From contig NC_009483.1 in the NCBI RefSeq assembly GCF_000016745.1, positions 2,880,001-2,912,000 on the forward strand: DNA of 32,000 nucleotides. Reading direction: 5' to 3'. Source of the DNA: Geotalea uraniireducens Rf4. GTDB lineage: Bacteria; Desulfobacterota; Desulfuromonadia; Geobacterales; Geobacteraceae. This document shows positions 17,701-24,690 of this stretch, one piece after another. A model generated the notes under the pieces. That model searched no databases. It was not told the origin of the DNA and was given only the letters and a program-made list of their open reading frames with translations. Positions within the stretch are counted from its first letter, which is position 1. The number at the start of each line of letters is the position of its first letter. Both the position numbers and the translations under genes were made by a program.

Positions 17701-18214
17701 GGAATATCTCCGAGTACCAGCGGGCCGTCGCAATGGCATCTTCAACTCGATTGCGACCACACTGGTAAGCCACCTCACCCTTGAGGCAGGCGGAAAGGGC
17801 TATCAGGCCTTCGCTGTGCTGGGCAAGAATCTCTTTATCGATGCGCGGCTTGTAGTAGAATCCCTCCTTGTAACCGGCGGAGACCAGCCAGGAAAGGTTC
17901 TTGTATCCCTGGAGGTTTTCGCAGAGCAGGATCAGATGGTAGCTTGACGTCGACTCGTGGCCGTTGCCGCTCTCCTTGCTGAAACGCGACCCCGGCGCGA
18001 TGTAGACCTCGCTGCCGATGATCGGTTTGATCCCCTTGTCCTTGCACTTGGTGTAGAACTCGATGGCACCGAACATGCTGCCGTGGTCGGTAATGGCCAC
18101 GGCAGGCATCTCATACCCCTTGGCTTTCTTGACCAGGTCGCCGAGCCGAATCGCTCCGTCCAGAAGGGAATACTGGGTGTGTAGATGTAAATGTACAAAG
18201 TTTGCTTCGCTCAT
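14741..18214 (-). CDS. dnaE: DNA polymerase III alpha subunit
   Basis: 1157-aa ORF. PHP-domain N-terminus FVHLHLHTQYSLLDG, the polymerase core (PDIDVDF, GLVKFDFLGL) and a C-terminal OB-fold region. Confidence 0.97.
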   Translation of the reverse strand: MSEANFVHLHLHTQYSLLDGAIRLGDLVKKAKGYEMPAVAITDHGSMFGAIEFYTKCKDKGIKPIIGSEVYIAPGSRFSKESGNGHESTSSYHLILLCENLQGYKNLSWLVSAGYKEGFYYKPRIDKEILAQHSEGLIALSACLKGEVAYQCGRNRVEDAIATARWYSEIFPDRYYIELQENTLPEQDLVNKRLLDLAAELSLPLVATNDCHYLNREDAKAHEVLLCIQTGKTMNDPNRMHFSAEEFYFKSPQEMAAAFHYAPEAIANTVRIAERCNLELDFKTYHFPQYIKPADKTLDDVLEEQSYEGLKERLVTVRAKYPDITPEQEQGYYERLRIELDCIKQMGFPGYFLIVADFINWAKDHGIPVGPGRGSAAGSLVAYSIRITDIDPIPYNLLFERFLNPERISMPDIDVDFCQDRREEVIQYVTEKYGRDKVCQIITFGTMAARGVLRDVGRALDMAYGDVDKIAKLVPEVLGITLDKALQQEPKLNELAAADRRVKELLDVALCLEGLARHASTHAAGVVVAPDVLEEFCPVYKDQKNGSITTQYSMKYVEKIGLVKFDFLGLKNLTVIHNAVKIIRAGKDPAFDITLLRDDDEESYRLLQSGNTTGVFQLESSGMQGLLVKLKPSCFEDIIAVCALYRPGPLGSGMVDDFIDRKHGKKKVVYDLPQLEPILKDTYGVIVYQEQVMQISRTLAGYSLGQADLLRRAMGKKDPEVMAKEKIPFLAGAKEQGIDPKKAESIFDLMAKFAEYGFNKSHSAAYALVAYQTAYLKAHYPVEFMAALLTEDMGNTDKVIKNISDCRDMGIEVLPPDINASDHSFRVLGKSIRFGLGAVKNVGESAIEAIIESRKSGSFADIYDFCERVDLRRVNKRVVESLVKCGAFDSTGARRAPLMAALEDAMVLGQKIQQERDSAQVSLFGVAEIVRGNGNGKGSLPDVPEWDDKLLLNQEKEALGFYITGHPLDRYSSQIKRFATVHTSDFGEISDRAEVKLCGIVVTKKEFITKKGERMAFVTLEDLHGSVEVVVLAKVYAKVAQYLEGDDPLLVSGSVEVGEKNTKVIASDIVLLREVNERESRRVHVTVQATGLERPQLESLKGIINRYPGACKSFLHIVIPAESKTTIILPDSYKLAASEELSLDVKNLLGYNAVSFE

Positions 18215-18431
18215 ATGCCTCTAAATACAATGATGGGAGCCGGTTCTGCTGCATGGCTCCCTTTTAGTATCGCTAAAAAATTTTGTTATTATTACACGAA
18301 AAGCGCGGTACTGTCAACAAGCGACGCACGCAATTCCCGCCGCCATTTGCACTCCTTTTTATTCATGATACATTTTACAACTGATTGTAATCGGAGCTGT
18401 TAACCAACCATTACCGACGGGAGGTCGCAAG

Positions 18432-19043
18432 ATGAAAGTTCTAATAGCCTATTATTCCATGTACGGCCACATTCACCGGATGGCCGAGGCAGTAGCCGAA
18501 GGTGCACGGGAAGTGGCCGGAGCCGAGGTCTTGATCCGCCGCGTCCCCGAAACCCTGCCGGCTGATGTACTGGAAAAAATGGGTGCTGTAGAGACGCAGA
18601 AAAAGATGGCGCAGATACCGGTCTGCACCATTGGGGAACTGGCCGATGCCGACGCGATCATTTTCGGCACCCCGACCCGGTTCGGCAACATGTGCGGTCA
18701 GATGCGTCAATTTCTTGATGCAACCGGCGGCCTCTGGATGAAAGGATCGCTGGTCGGCAAATTGGGAAGCGTCTTCACCAGCTCCGCAACCCAGCACGGT
18801 GGACAGGAATCCACCATACTCAGCTTTCACATCACCCTGCTCCACCAGGGAATGGTCGTTGTGGGATTGCCCTACGCCTTTCAGGGACAGATGCGCAATG
18901 ACGAGATAATCGGAGGATCGCCCTACGGCGCATCCACCATTGCCGGCACCCAGGGAGAACGGAGTCCGAGTGAAAACGATCTTGCCGCGGCGCGTTATCA
19001 GGGAAAACATGTGGCCTCCATTGCCGCCAGGCTGGCACGATAA
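18432..19043 (+). CDS. wrbA: NAD(P)H:quinone oxidoreductase, WrbA-type flavodoxin-like protein
   Basis: [13 protein letters not shown]..., GTPTRFGNM and [12 protein letters not shown] motifs. GGGAGG RBS. Confidence 0.92.
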   Translation: MKVLIAYYSMYGHIHRMAEAVAEGAREVAGAEVLIRRVPETLPADVLEKMGAVETQKKMAQIPVCTIGELADADAIIFGTPTRFGNMCGQMRQFLDATGGLWMKGSLVGKLGSVFTSSATQHGGQESTILSFHITLLHQGMVVVGLPYAFQGQMRNDEIIGGSPYGASTIAGTQGERSPSENDLAAARYQGKHVASIAARLAR

Positions 19044-19076
19044 CCCTACGGAACCAGGCAGTTTTTTTCACGCACC

Positions 19077-19106
19077 AAAAGTAGGCGCTTTTAAGCGCCT
19101 ACTTTT
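19077..19106 (+). terminator. Intrinsic (A/U-tract flanked, potentially bidirectional) terminator after wrbA
   Basis: AAAA-GTAGGCGC-ttttaa-GCGCCTAC-TTTT. The palindrome extends to about 20 bp (19071-19112). Confidence 0.75.
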
Positions 19107-19127
19107 GGTGCGTCGTTGCGTGAGACA

Positions 19128-19135
19128 TATCTTGT
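19128..19135. repeat. Left copy of the 8-bp target-site duplication (TATCTTGT)
   Basis: An identical 8-mer directly abuts both IS ends (19128-19135 and 20193-20200). Confidence 0.85.
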
Positions 19136-20192
19136 CCTGATTAGCGCCAATCTTCAGCCAGTCTGAGATTGTGCTCGGGATGCTTGCCAGTAGTAGCCGC
19201 CGCCGAGATCAGTCGCGAGAGCATGCCGCGCAGATCCTTCCGGCGGTTGAATCGGTATTGAACCTCAGCCAGGTAACGAGTTCCATACTTTTCGAAATCA
19301 AATGCATGGTACGTTCCAGAGATCGACGTCTTGAGGTTGCCGAGAATGGTATTGACCCAATTGAAACACACAATGTCGGTACTCTTGCGTTTCTTCCCGA
19401 CAATGGTTGGGGTATGGAAACATCCAGCCTCGGTAACTGCACGAAAGCAGGCCAGTCCGTCGCTTACCACTGTCGCTGAAGCTGACAGTGACCGTTTTGC
19501 CCATTCGGTGACTACTTCGCGGTTAAAGGCTGGCACCTTTGTAAACACAGCACGAAGTGGATGGCCCTTTTCATTGGTTTCAACAGCAGCAATAAACGGC
19601 GTCTTGTTTTCCGAACCTCGCCCGGCCTTGCCTCCTGGGTTTTCTCCACCCAGGTAGGCATCATCTACTTCGACCCGGCCGAGCAAAATCGTGTCCTGCT
19701 CCTGTTCAACCATAACTTGCATGAGCTTGTGCTTCACACGCCATGCGGTTTTGTAGCAAACACCGATCAGGCGCTTCAACTCCAGAGCCGAGACATTGTT
19801 CTTGGTTTGCGTGAGAAAGTACATGGCCTGAAACCATTGGACCAGCGGCAACTTGGTTGAGTGAAAAATCGAGCCTGCGGTCAGCGTTGTCTGGGTATGA
19901 CACCGATTGCACTGAAATGTTTTGACTTGTGCATGCCAGACTACACAGTGGCTGGTACTCTGACAGGAAGGACATTTGAAACCCTGGGGCCAGCGGCTCT
20001 TTTCCAAGATCGCTGAACATTGCTCTTCAGTGCCATAGCTGTACAAAAAGTCGTTCAAGCTGAGCCCTTGTTGAAACTGAAAGTGATTCTTCGTCATAGT
20101 GGCCTCCTTGGCTTATTTCACTATGACACTACTCTAGACATGTGACAGAATACGTCCTTTTCTCCATTGGCTGAAGATGAGGGCCAATCAGG
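19136..20192 (-). mobile_element. Complete IS1595-family (ISXO2-like) insertion sequence, 1057 bp
   Basis: Imperfect terminal inverted repeats: CCTGATTAGCGCCAATCTTCAGCCA at 19136-19160, and the reverse complement of 20168-20192, CCTGATTGGCCCTCATCTTCAGCCA. It has a single transposase ORF and flanking 8-bp direct repeats. Confidence 0.88.
19141..20097 (-). CDS. IS1595-family transposase (N-terminal zinc ribbon plus ISXO2-like DDE domain)
   Basis: 318-aa ORF. Zn-ribbon CPSC...CNRC. DDE-type blocks VEVDDAYLGG, VVSDGLACF and YLAEVQYRFNRR. The stop codon lies inside the left IR. Confidence 0.9.
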   Translation of the reverse strand: MTKNHFQFQQGLSLNDFLYSYGTEEQCSAILEKSRWPQGFKCPSCQSTSHCVVWHAQVKTFQCNRCHTQTTLTAGSIFHSTKLPLVQWFQAMYFLTQTKNNVSALELKRLIGVCYKTAWRVKHKLMQVMVEQEQDTILLGRVEVDDAYLGGENPGGKAGRGSENKTPFIAAVETNEKGHPLRAVFTKVPAFNREVVTEWAKRSLSASATVVSDGLACFRAVTEAGCFHTPTIVGKKRKSTDIVCFNWVNTILGNLKTSISGTYHAFDFEKYGTRYLAEVQYRFNRRKDLRGMLSRLISAAATTGKHPEHNLRLAEDWR

Positions 20193-20200
20193 TATCTTGT
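20193..20200. repeat. Right copy of the 8-bp target-site duplication (TATCTTGT)
   Basis: See the left copy. Confidence 0.85.
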
Positions 20201-20347
20201 TGAACTTTTGCTCACATTTACATTCCCCTTTTAACCTCAGAAATCAACCCTGCGTAAAACAGCCCCATAATTATTTTGCATGCATCCGCTGTCGATGCTA
20301 TTCTTTGGGCTGAATATTGTATTTTTTAAAGACAGAAATGAGGAACC

Positions 20348-21736
20348 ATGACTGCCAAACCTTTTCTAATAGATTCCCATGCCCATATCTACGGCCTTGA
20401 ATTCAGCAACGATTTCGACGAAATGCTGCAACGGGCGGCCGAGGCGGGGGTAGAACAGATCATCGTCGTCGGCACCGACCTTGAAACAAGCAAGGACGCC
20501 TGCGAACTGGCCGCAAAATATGAAAACATCTACTGTGCTGTCGGCATTCACCCCCACGATGCATCACGCGTCACGGAAAAATGTTACGATGTGATCCGGG
20601 ATATGGCCAACGGTAACGACAAGGTAGTAGCCATCGGAGAGATCGGTCTCGATTTCTACCGCGACCGTTCACCGAGAGAAATCCAGGAAACGGTATTTCG
20701 CCGCTTCATCAACCTGGCCAGGGAGCTTTCCCTGCCGATCATCGTCCATGACCGTGATGCCCATGAACGGGTGATGACGCTGGTTAAAGAAGAAAAAGCC
20801 GCCGATGTCGGCGGCGTCTTCCATTGCTTTTCCGGCGATCTGGAAATGGCCAACGCATGCATAGCGCTGGGATTCTACATCTCCATCCCTGGCACCATCA
20901 CCTACCCGGGCAATGAAGCACTGCGCCAGGTGGTCAGAGGGGTAAAGGTCGAGAAGATGCTCGTGGAAACCGATTGTCCCTATCTGACGCCGGTTCCCCA
21001 CCGGGGCAAGCGTAACGAACCTGCATATGTCCGGTTTGCCGCGGAAAAGATCGCGGAGTTGAAGGGGCTCACGTTGGAAGACGTCAGTCGCATCACCACC
21101 CTCAATGTCCAGAGTCTGTTCAGCATCGGCAGGAAAAACCAGAACGCCCAGATCGCCTACCGCATCAGAAACTCGCTCTACCTGAACATAACCAACCGCT
21201 GCTCGAACCGCTGTTCGTTCTGTGCCAAATTTGAGGATTTCACGGTAAAAGGACACTACCTGCTCCTTGACCATGAGCCTGATTTTTCAGAGGTGATGGC
21301 GGCAATCGCCGCGCATAAGGGGTATGACGAAGTGGTTTTCTGCGGGTACGGCGAGCCGCTTTTGCGCCTTGATCTGATCAAGGAGGTCGCTGCTGCCCTA
21401 AAAAAACAGGGGATGAGAATCAGGATCAATACGGACGGCCAGGCAAACCTGGTCTATGGCAGGAATATACTGCCGGAACTTGCGGGACTGATCGACACCG
21501 TTTCCGTCAGCCTCAACGCGGCAGACGAAGATACCTACGACCTGCTCTGCAATACGCCGTTCAGCAAGGATGGTTTCACCGGCGTCTGCACATTTCTCCG
21601 GGAAGCCAAACAGTACATTCCGCAGGTGATTGCCAGCGCCGTCACCGTTCCGGGTCTGGACATCGCAGAAGTAAAGAGACTTGCCGAATCGCTCGGCGTC
21701 GAATTCCGGGAACGGGAATATACGGAAGTCGGCTAG
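20348..21736 (+). CDS. Fusion protein: TatD-family metal-dependent hydrolase (N-terminal) plus a radical SAM domain (C-terminal)
   Basis: 462-aa ORF. The TatD part covers roughly residues 1-260 (IDSHAH, GEIGLDF, VHDRDAH, FHCFSG, ETDCPYLTP). The radical SAM motif CSNRCSFC (CxxxCxxC) is at residues 285-292 (nt 21200-21223), followed by GYGEPLL and a SAM-binding-like sequence. Confidence 0.85.
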   Translation: MTAKPFLIDSHAHIYGLEFSNDFDEMLQRAAEAGVEQIIVVGTDLETSKDACELAAKYENIYCAVGIHPHDASRVTEKCYDVIRDMANGNDKVVAIGEIGLDFYRDRSPREIQETVFRRFINLARELSLPIIVHDRDAHERVMTLVKEEKAADVGGVFHCFSGDLEMANACIALGFYISIPGTITYPGNEALRQVVRGVKVEKMLVETDCPYLTPVPHRGKRNEPAYVRFAAEKIAELKGLTLEDVSRITTLNVQSLFSIGRKNQNAQIAYRIRNSLYLNITNRCSNRCSFCAKFEDFTVKGHYLLLDHEPDFSEVMAAIAAHKGYDEVVFCGYGEPLLRLDLIKEVAAALKKQGMRIRINTDGQANLVYGRNILPELAGLIDTVSVSLNAADEDTYDLLCNTPFSKDGFTGVCTFLREAKQYIPQVIASAVTVPGLDIAEVKRLAESLGVEFREREYTEVG

Positions 21737-21814
21737 GAAAATTGCCCGGGGCGGCACTGCAACATACTACCGCAGCACAACGCCGGTTTTACGTCGGCAC
21801 CATCTTCATCCAGG

Positions 21815-21985
21815 CTATTTAGGCAGTTCGACCGGATTACAGACATTTTCCGGCTTATCGGCTTTCGCCCTGCAATTGCCGCACTCCACGGTTGGGTTGG
21901 TCGAAAGACACCCAATCAGTTCCAAATCACCCTTTTCCTTGAGAGCACACATATGCTCTTTGTGTTTCTGGCTGTCACATTCCAT
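21815..21985 (-). CDS. Small (56 aa) Cys-rich hypothetical protein, below the ORF-track size cutoff
   Basis: Hand translation gives MECDSQKHKEHMCALKEKGDLELIGCLSTNPTVECGNCRAKADKPENVCNPVELPK. The ATG at 21985 has GGAG 6 nt upstream. It sits 59 nt downstream of the co-oriented GYD gene. Confidence 0.5.
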   Translation of the reverse strand: MECDSQKHKEHMCALKEKGDLELIGCLSTNPTVECGNCRAKADKPENVCNPVELPK

Positions 21986-22044
21986 GGTTATCTCCCACCA
22001 CTGTTTTAATTTTGCATGACGTCAATTTTGTTGCAACTTTTCAC

Positions 22045-22371
22045 TCACCTGATGGCCGACAAATCAACACCACCAGGCAGATGACGAATCATTGCCTTGT
22101 ATTTTTGCCACTCTACAGCCCCCCATACCTCGGTAGATGCATGCCCGAATGTGCGGACAATGGTAGCTACCTTTATGGCCGTATCCATATCAGGAGCCTG
22201 AAAAATATCCAGATAATCGCATCCGCCCAGGATGGCAAAATTGTGCACCCATTTGACCTGGGGGCATTCAGTGCTGATGCATTTAACCGCCTTGCTTTCA
22301 AGTTCTTCCAGATGTTTGGGGGAATTGAGCGCTTCCGGGGAGAGGCGAGTCAGCATGACAAAGGTTTGCAT
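22045..22371 (-). CDS. GYD-domain protein
   Basis: MQTFVMLTRLSPEAL... and about 108 aa fit the GYD family. The ATG at 22371 follows GGGAGG. The track's 19-codon N-terminal extension is hydrophobic junk with no RBS. Confidence 0.72.
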   Translation of the reverse strand: MQTFVMLTRLSPEALNSPKHLEELESKAVKCISTECPQVKWVHNFAILGGCDYLDIFQAPDMDTAIKVATIVRTFGHASTEVWGAVEWQKYKAMIRHLPGGVDLSAIR

Positions 22372-22499
22372 AAATGTTCCTCCCTTCGTTATGACCACCA
22401 GCATATTAACCAAGATTAATCCTACCATTCACACGCAATCGGTCAAGCAGTAAATTTCACTGCCGCCCAGTGACCGCGGCAAAAATCTCACAAATACAG

Positions 22500-22528
22500 T
22501 TGCAACAGAAGTGGAATACTGATATAAG
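22500..22528 (+). promoter_or_regulatory. Candidate sigma-70 promoter for dfx
   Basis: TTGCAA (22500-22505), a 17-nt spacer, then TATAAG (22523-22528). An inverted repeat follows at 22536-22552. Confidence 0.4.
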
Positions 22529-22591
22529 GATTAAAAAGACCGTTATGGTCTTATTTATCCAAACAATCAATACTTCTAGGAGGAACCACCC

Positions 22592-22972
22592 ATGGCAAAA
22601 AATCTGGAAATCTACAAATGCGAAAGCTGCGGAAACATCATTGAAATCCTTCATTCCGGCCCGGGAGACCTTGTCTGCTGCGGCAGTCCAATGCAATTAC
22701 AGGTTGAGAATACGGTAGACGCATCCCGTGAAAAACATCTGCCCGTTCTGGAAAAAGCAAACGGTTCCGTCACCGTCAAGGTCGGCAGCGTACCCCATCC
22801 CATGGAGGAACAACACTATATCGAATGGATTGAAGTCATCGCCGACGGCACTGTTTACCGTCAGGCTTTGAAGCCGGGAGATGCGCCGGAAGCAACCTTC
22901 CCCATCACGGCCGGAAGTATTACGGTACGCGAATACTGCTCCCTCCACGGCCAATTGTCAACCATCGGCTAA
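22592..22972 (+). CDS. dfx: Desulfoferrodoxin (2Fe superoxide reductase)
   Basis: N-terminal desulforedoxin-like CESCGN...VCCG. C-terminal SOR domain with [19 protein letters not shown] and a C..H ligand pair near the C-terminus. AGGAGG RBS. Confidence 0.93.
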   Translation: MAKNLEIYKCESCGNIIEILHSGPGDLVCCGSPMQLQVENTVDASREKHLPVLEKANGSVTVKVGSVPHPMEEQHYIEWIEVIADGTVYRQALKPGDAPEATFPITAGSITVREYCSLHGQLSTIG

Positions 22973-23007
22973 AATACTAACGGTACTGTAATACGAAGGA
23001 AATCGTC

Positions 23008-23862
23008 ATGACCAGTTCGCTGCTGTTCAATGTGACAACCGTTTCATACCTTCTGGCTACGGTAGTATTCTTTGCCTACCTGGCCAGTAAAAATCGCATC
23101 CTCGGCTTGATGGGAAGCATAGCGGCATATTCCGGCTTCGTTGTGCAGACGGTCGCAATAGGGCTGCGTTGGAGAGAATCATACCTGATTGGACATGGTC
23201 ATGCCCCCTTGTCCAATCTGTATGAATCTGTAGTGTTCTTTTCCTGGACGATCATACTGATTTTTGCCCTGCTCGATCTCCGTTACAAGTACCGGGTCAT
23301 CGGCGCCTTCGTCGTTCCGTTCGCCCTCATGGGCATGGCCTGGGCGCAACTGGGCCTCAGTAGCGGCATAGAACCCCTGGTGCCGGCACTGCAGAGCAAC
23401 TGGCTACTTTACCACGTTATCACCAGTTTTCTCGGCTATGCCGCGTTTGCCGTTGCCTGCGGTATTTCCATCATGTACCTGATTAAAGCCAGGCAGAAGT
23501 CAGGTGAAGTCAGTGGTCAGACCGACAGCATTGTCGGCGCATTTCCCGTTGCCAGAGTACTGGACGACCTCAACTACAAGGCAATCATGATCGGCTTTCC
23601 GCTGCTGACCCTCGGCATTGTTACCGGTGCTGCATGGGCGAATTACGCCTGGGGTACTTACTGGAGCTGGGACCCGAAGGAAACCTGGTCGCTGATTGTC
23701 TGGTTCGTTTACGCAGCTTTTCTTCATGCCCGCATCACCAAGGGATGGGTAGGGAAAAAGGCGGCCATTCTCTCCATTGTCGGTTTTGCCGCCACCATCT
23801 TCTGTTATCTTGGGGTCAATCTAATTTTATCAGGACTGCACAGCTATGGCGGCAGAATGTAG
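23008..23862 (+). CDS. ccsA: Cytochrome c biogenesis protein CcsA/ResC family (heme-handling membrane protein)
   Basis: Polytopic membrane protein with the Trp-rich WWD-type motif WGTYWSWDPKETWSL and conserved His residues. Confidence 0.88.
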   Translation: MTSSLLFNVTTVSYLLATVVFFAYLASKNRILGLMGSIAAYSGFVVQTVAIGLRWRESYLIGHGHAPLSNLYESVVFFSWTIILIFALLDLRYKYRVIGAFVVPFALMGMAWAQLGLSSGIEPLVPALQSNWLLYHVITSFLGYAAFAVACGISIMYLIKARQKSGEVSGQTDSIVGAFPVARVLDDLNYKAIMIGFPLLTLGIVTGAAWANYAWGTYWSWDPKETWSLIVWFVYAAFLHARITKGWVGKKAAILSIVGFAATIFCYLGVNLILSGLHSYGGRM

Positions 23863-23876
23863 TCATCCACACGTTA

Positions 23877-23906
23877 AAAGGCCTGCATCGAGCAGGCCTT
23901 TTTTCT
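23877..23906. terminator. Bidirectional intrinsic terminator
   Basis: AAAGGCCTGC-atcga-GCAGGCCTTT with TTTTT downstream and an A-run upstream. Confidence 0.75.
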
Positions 23907-24020
23907 TCCCAAAGTTGAACATCTCCATCTCTCTAGTGAAGCTCTGCTTTACCTTAACGCAAATCCCATACTTTCTGAGTAATTGCGTTCCCCAAGCGGA
24001 AGTTTGAGTACGAGGAACCT

Positions 24021-24500
24021 CTACCAGCAGATTCTCCCCTCATCTTCGACTGTGGCAACCGTCGTGGCGAACGATAACTGACCATGGCCCCTCAACCTGC
24101 CTATCACATCCGCGAAGGCTCCGGTGCCGGTCAGGTTGTCCAGACTTGAATTAATGGTGTAGATATATGGAGTATCGGTCGGGGTGAGCACTGACTTGTC
24201 TTGAACGCTCAAGGTCCCCAAGGAACCGAAATCAAAGGTCATGGCGTTCGTCGGGTATATCTTGCCATCGTCGCCATTCTTGACCTCGACCATTACCAGT
24301 GACACTATTGCCTGGATAGGGGCTTGCTCATCAATTCTGACAAGAGCGGTTCCGGCATATTTTCCGTAGGGGAGCATTGGATCGATCGCAGAGGTGGTGA
24401 CCTTCATCTCGACCTCATGGCACTTCGAATTGGCCCAGGACTGCCCGGCAAAGACTATCACGAGACTTGCTGCTGCCAGATAACTAAAAAGATTTCTCAT
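24021..24500 (-). CDS. Secreted hypothetical protein (possible dirigent/allene-oxide-cyclase-like beta-barrel)
   Basis: The ATG at 24500 follows AGGAGG. Signal peptide MRNLFSYLAAASLVIVFAGQSWA. The C-terminal TGTGAFADVIGRLRGHG resembles the GxGxFAxxxG motif of dirigent-like barrels, but this is a weak call from memory. The track's 47 extra N-terminal codons are unsupported. Confidence 0.7.
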   Translation of the reverse strand: MRNLFSYLAAASLVIVFAGQSWANSKCHEVEMKVTTSAIDPMLPYGKYAGTALVRIDEQAPIQAIVSLVMVEVKNGDDGKIYPTNAMTFDFGSLGTLSVQDKSVLTPTDTPYIYTINSSLDNLTGTGAFADVIGRLRGHGQLSFATTVATVEDEGRICW

Positions 24501-24690
24501 TTTTTCCTCCTGATAATTGATTATAATTACTGCGTTCCCAAAAGCTGTCACAAACGCTGAGAGACAACGCCCAACGGCCTGGCATTGAAGCCGGCCTGAG
24601 TCCCCTCCTTTCCGAACTCGGTAGAGTTCCGTGATTCCCATATCGTAGCTTAATTTGACTCTCGTCTACGTAGCCTTCCCACTTGGTCTA

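Noticed and set aside
18191-18403. 70-aa plus-strand ORF in the dnaE-wrbA intergenic region
   Set aside because: It starts inside dnaE on the opposite strand, has no SD and has an AT-rich, low-complexity sequence. The region is better explained as divergent promoter DNA.
19171-19860. Several 60-110-aa plus-strand ORFs inside the IS, and the possibility of a two-ORF frameshifted transposase
   Set aside because: The minus-strand transposase is one uninterrupted 318-aa frame containing both the Zn-ribbon and the DDE domain. The plus-strand ORFs are antisense shadows.
21681-22019. 112-aa plus-strand ORF overlapping the tatD-rSAM 3' end and the small Cys-rich ORF
   Set aside because: It has no RBS, a Ser/Leu/His-rich composition that is not protein-like, and it overlaps the end of a real gene. 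The minus-strand 56-aa ORF with a proper SD explains the region better.
22016-22023. Perfect 8-bp palindrome TGACGTCA (CRE/CRP-like) upstream of the small Cys-rich ORF
   Set aside because: Eight-bp palindromes are expected many times in 32 kb by chance. The flanking half-sites match the FNR/CRP consensus only weakly.
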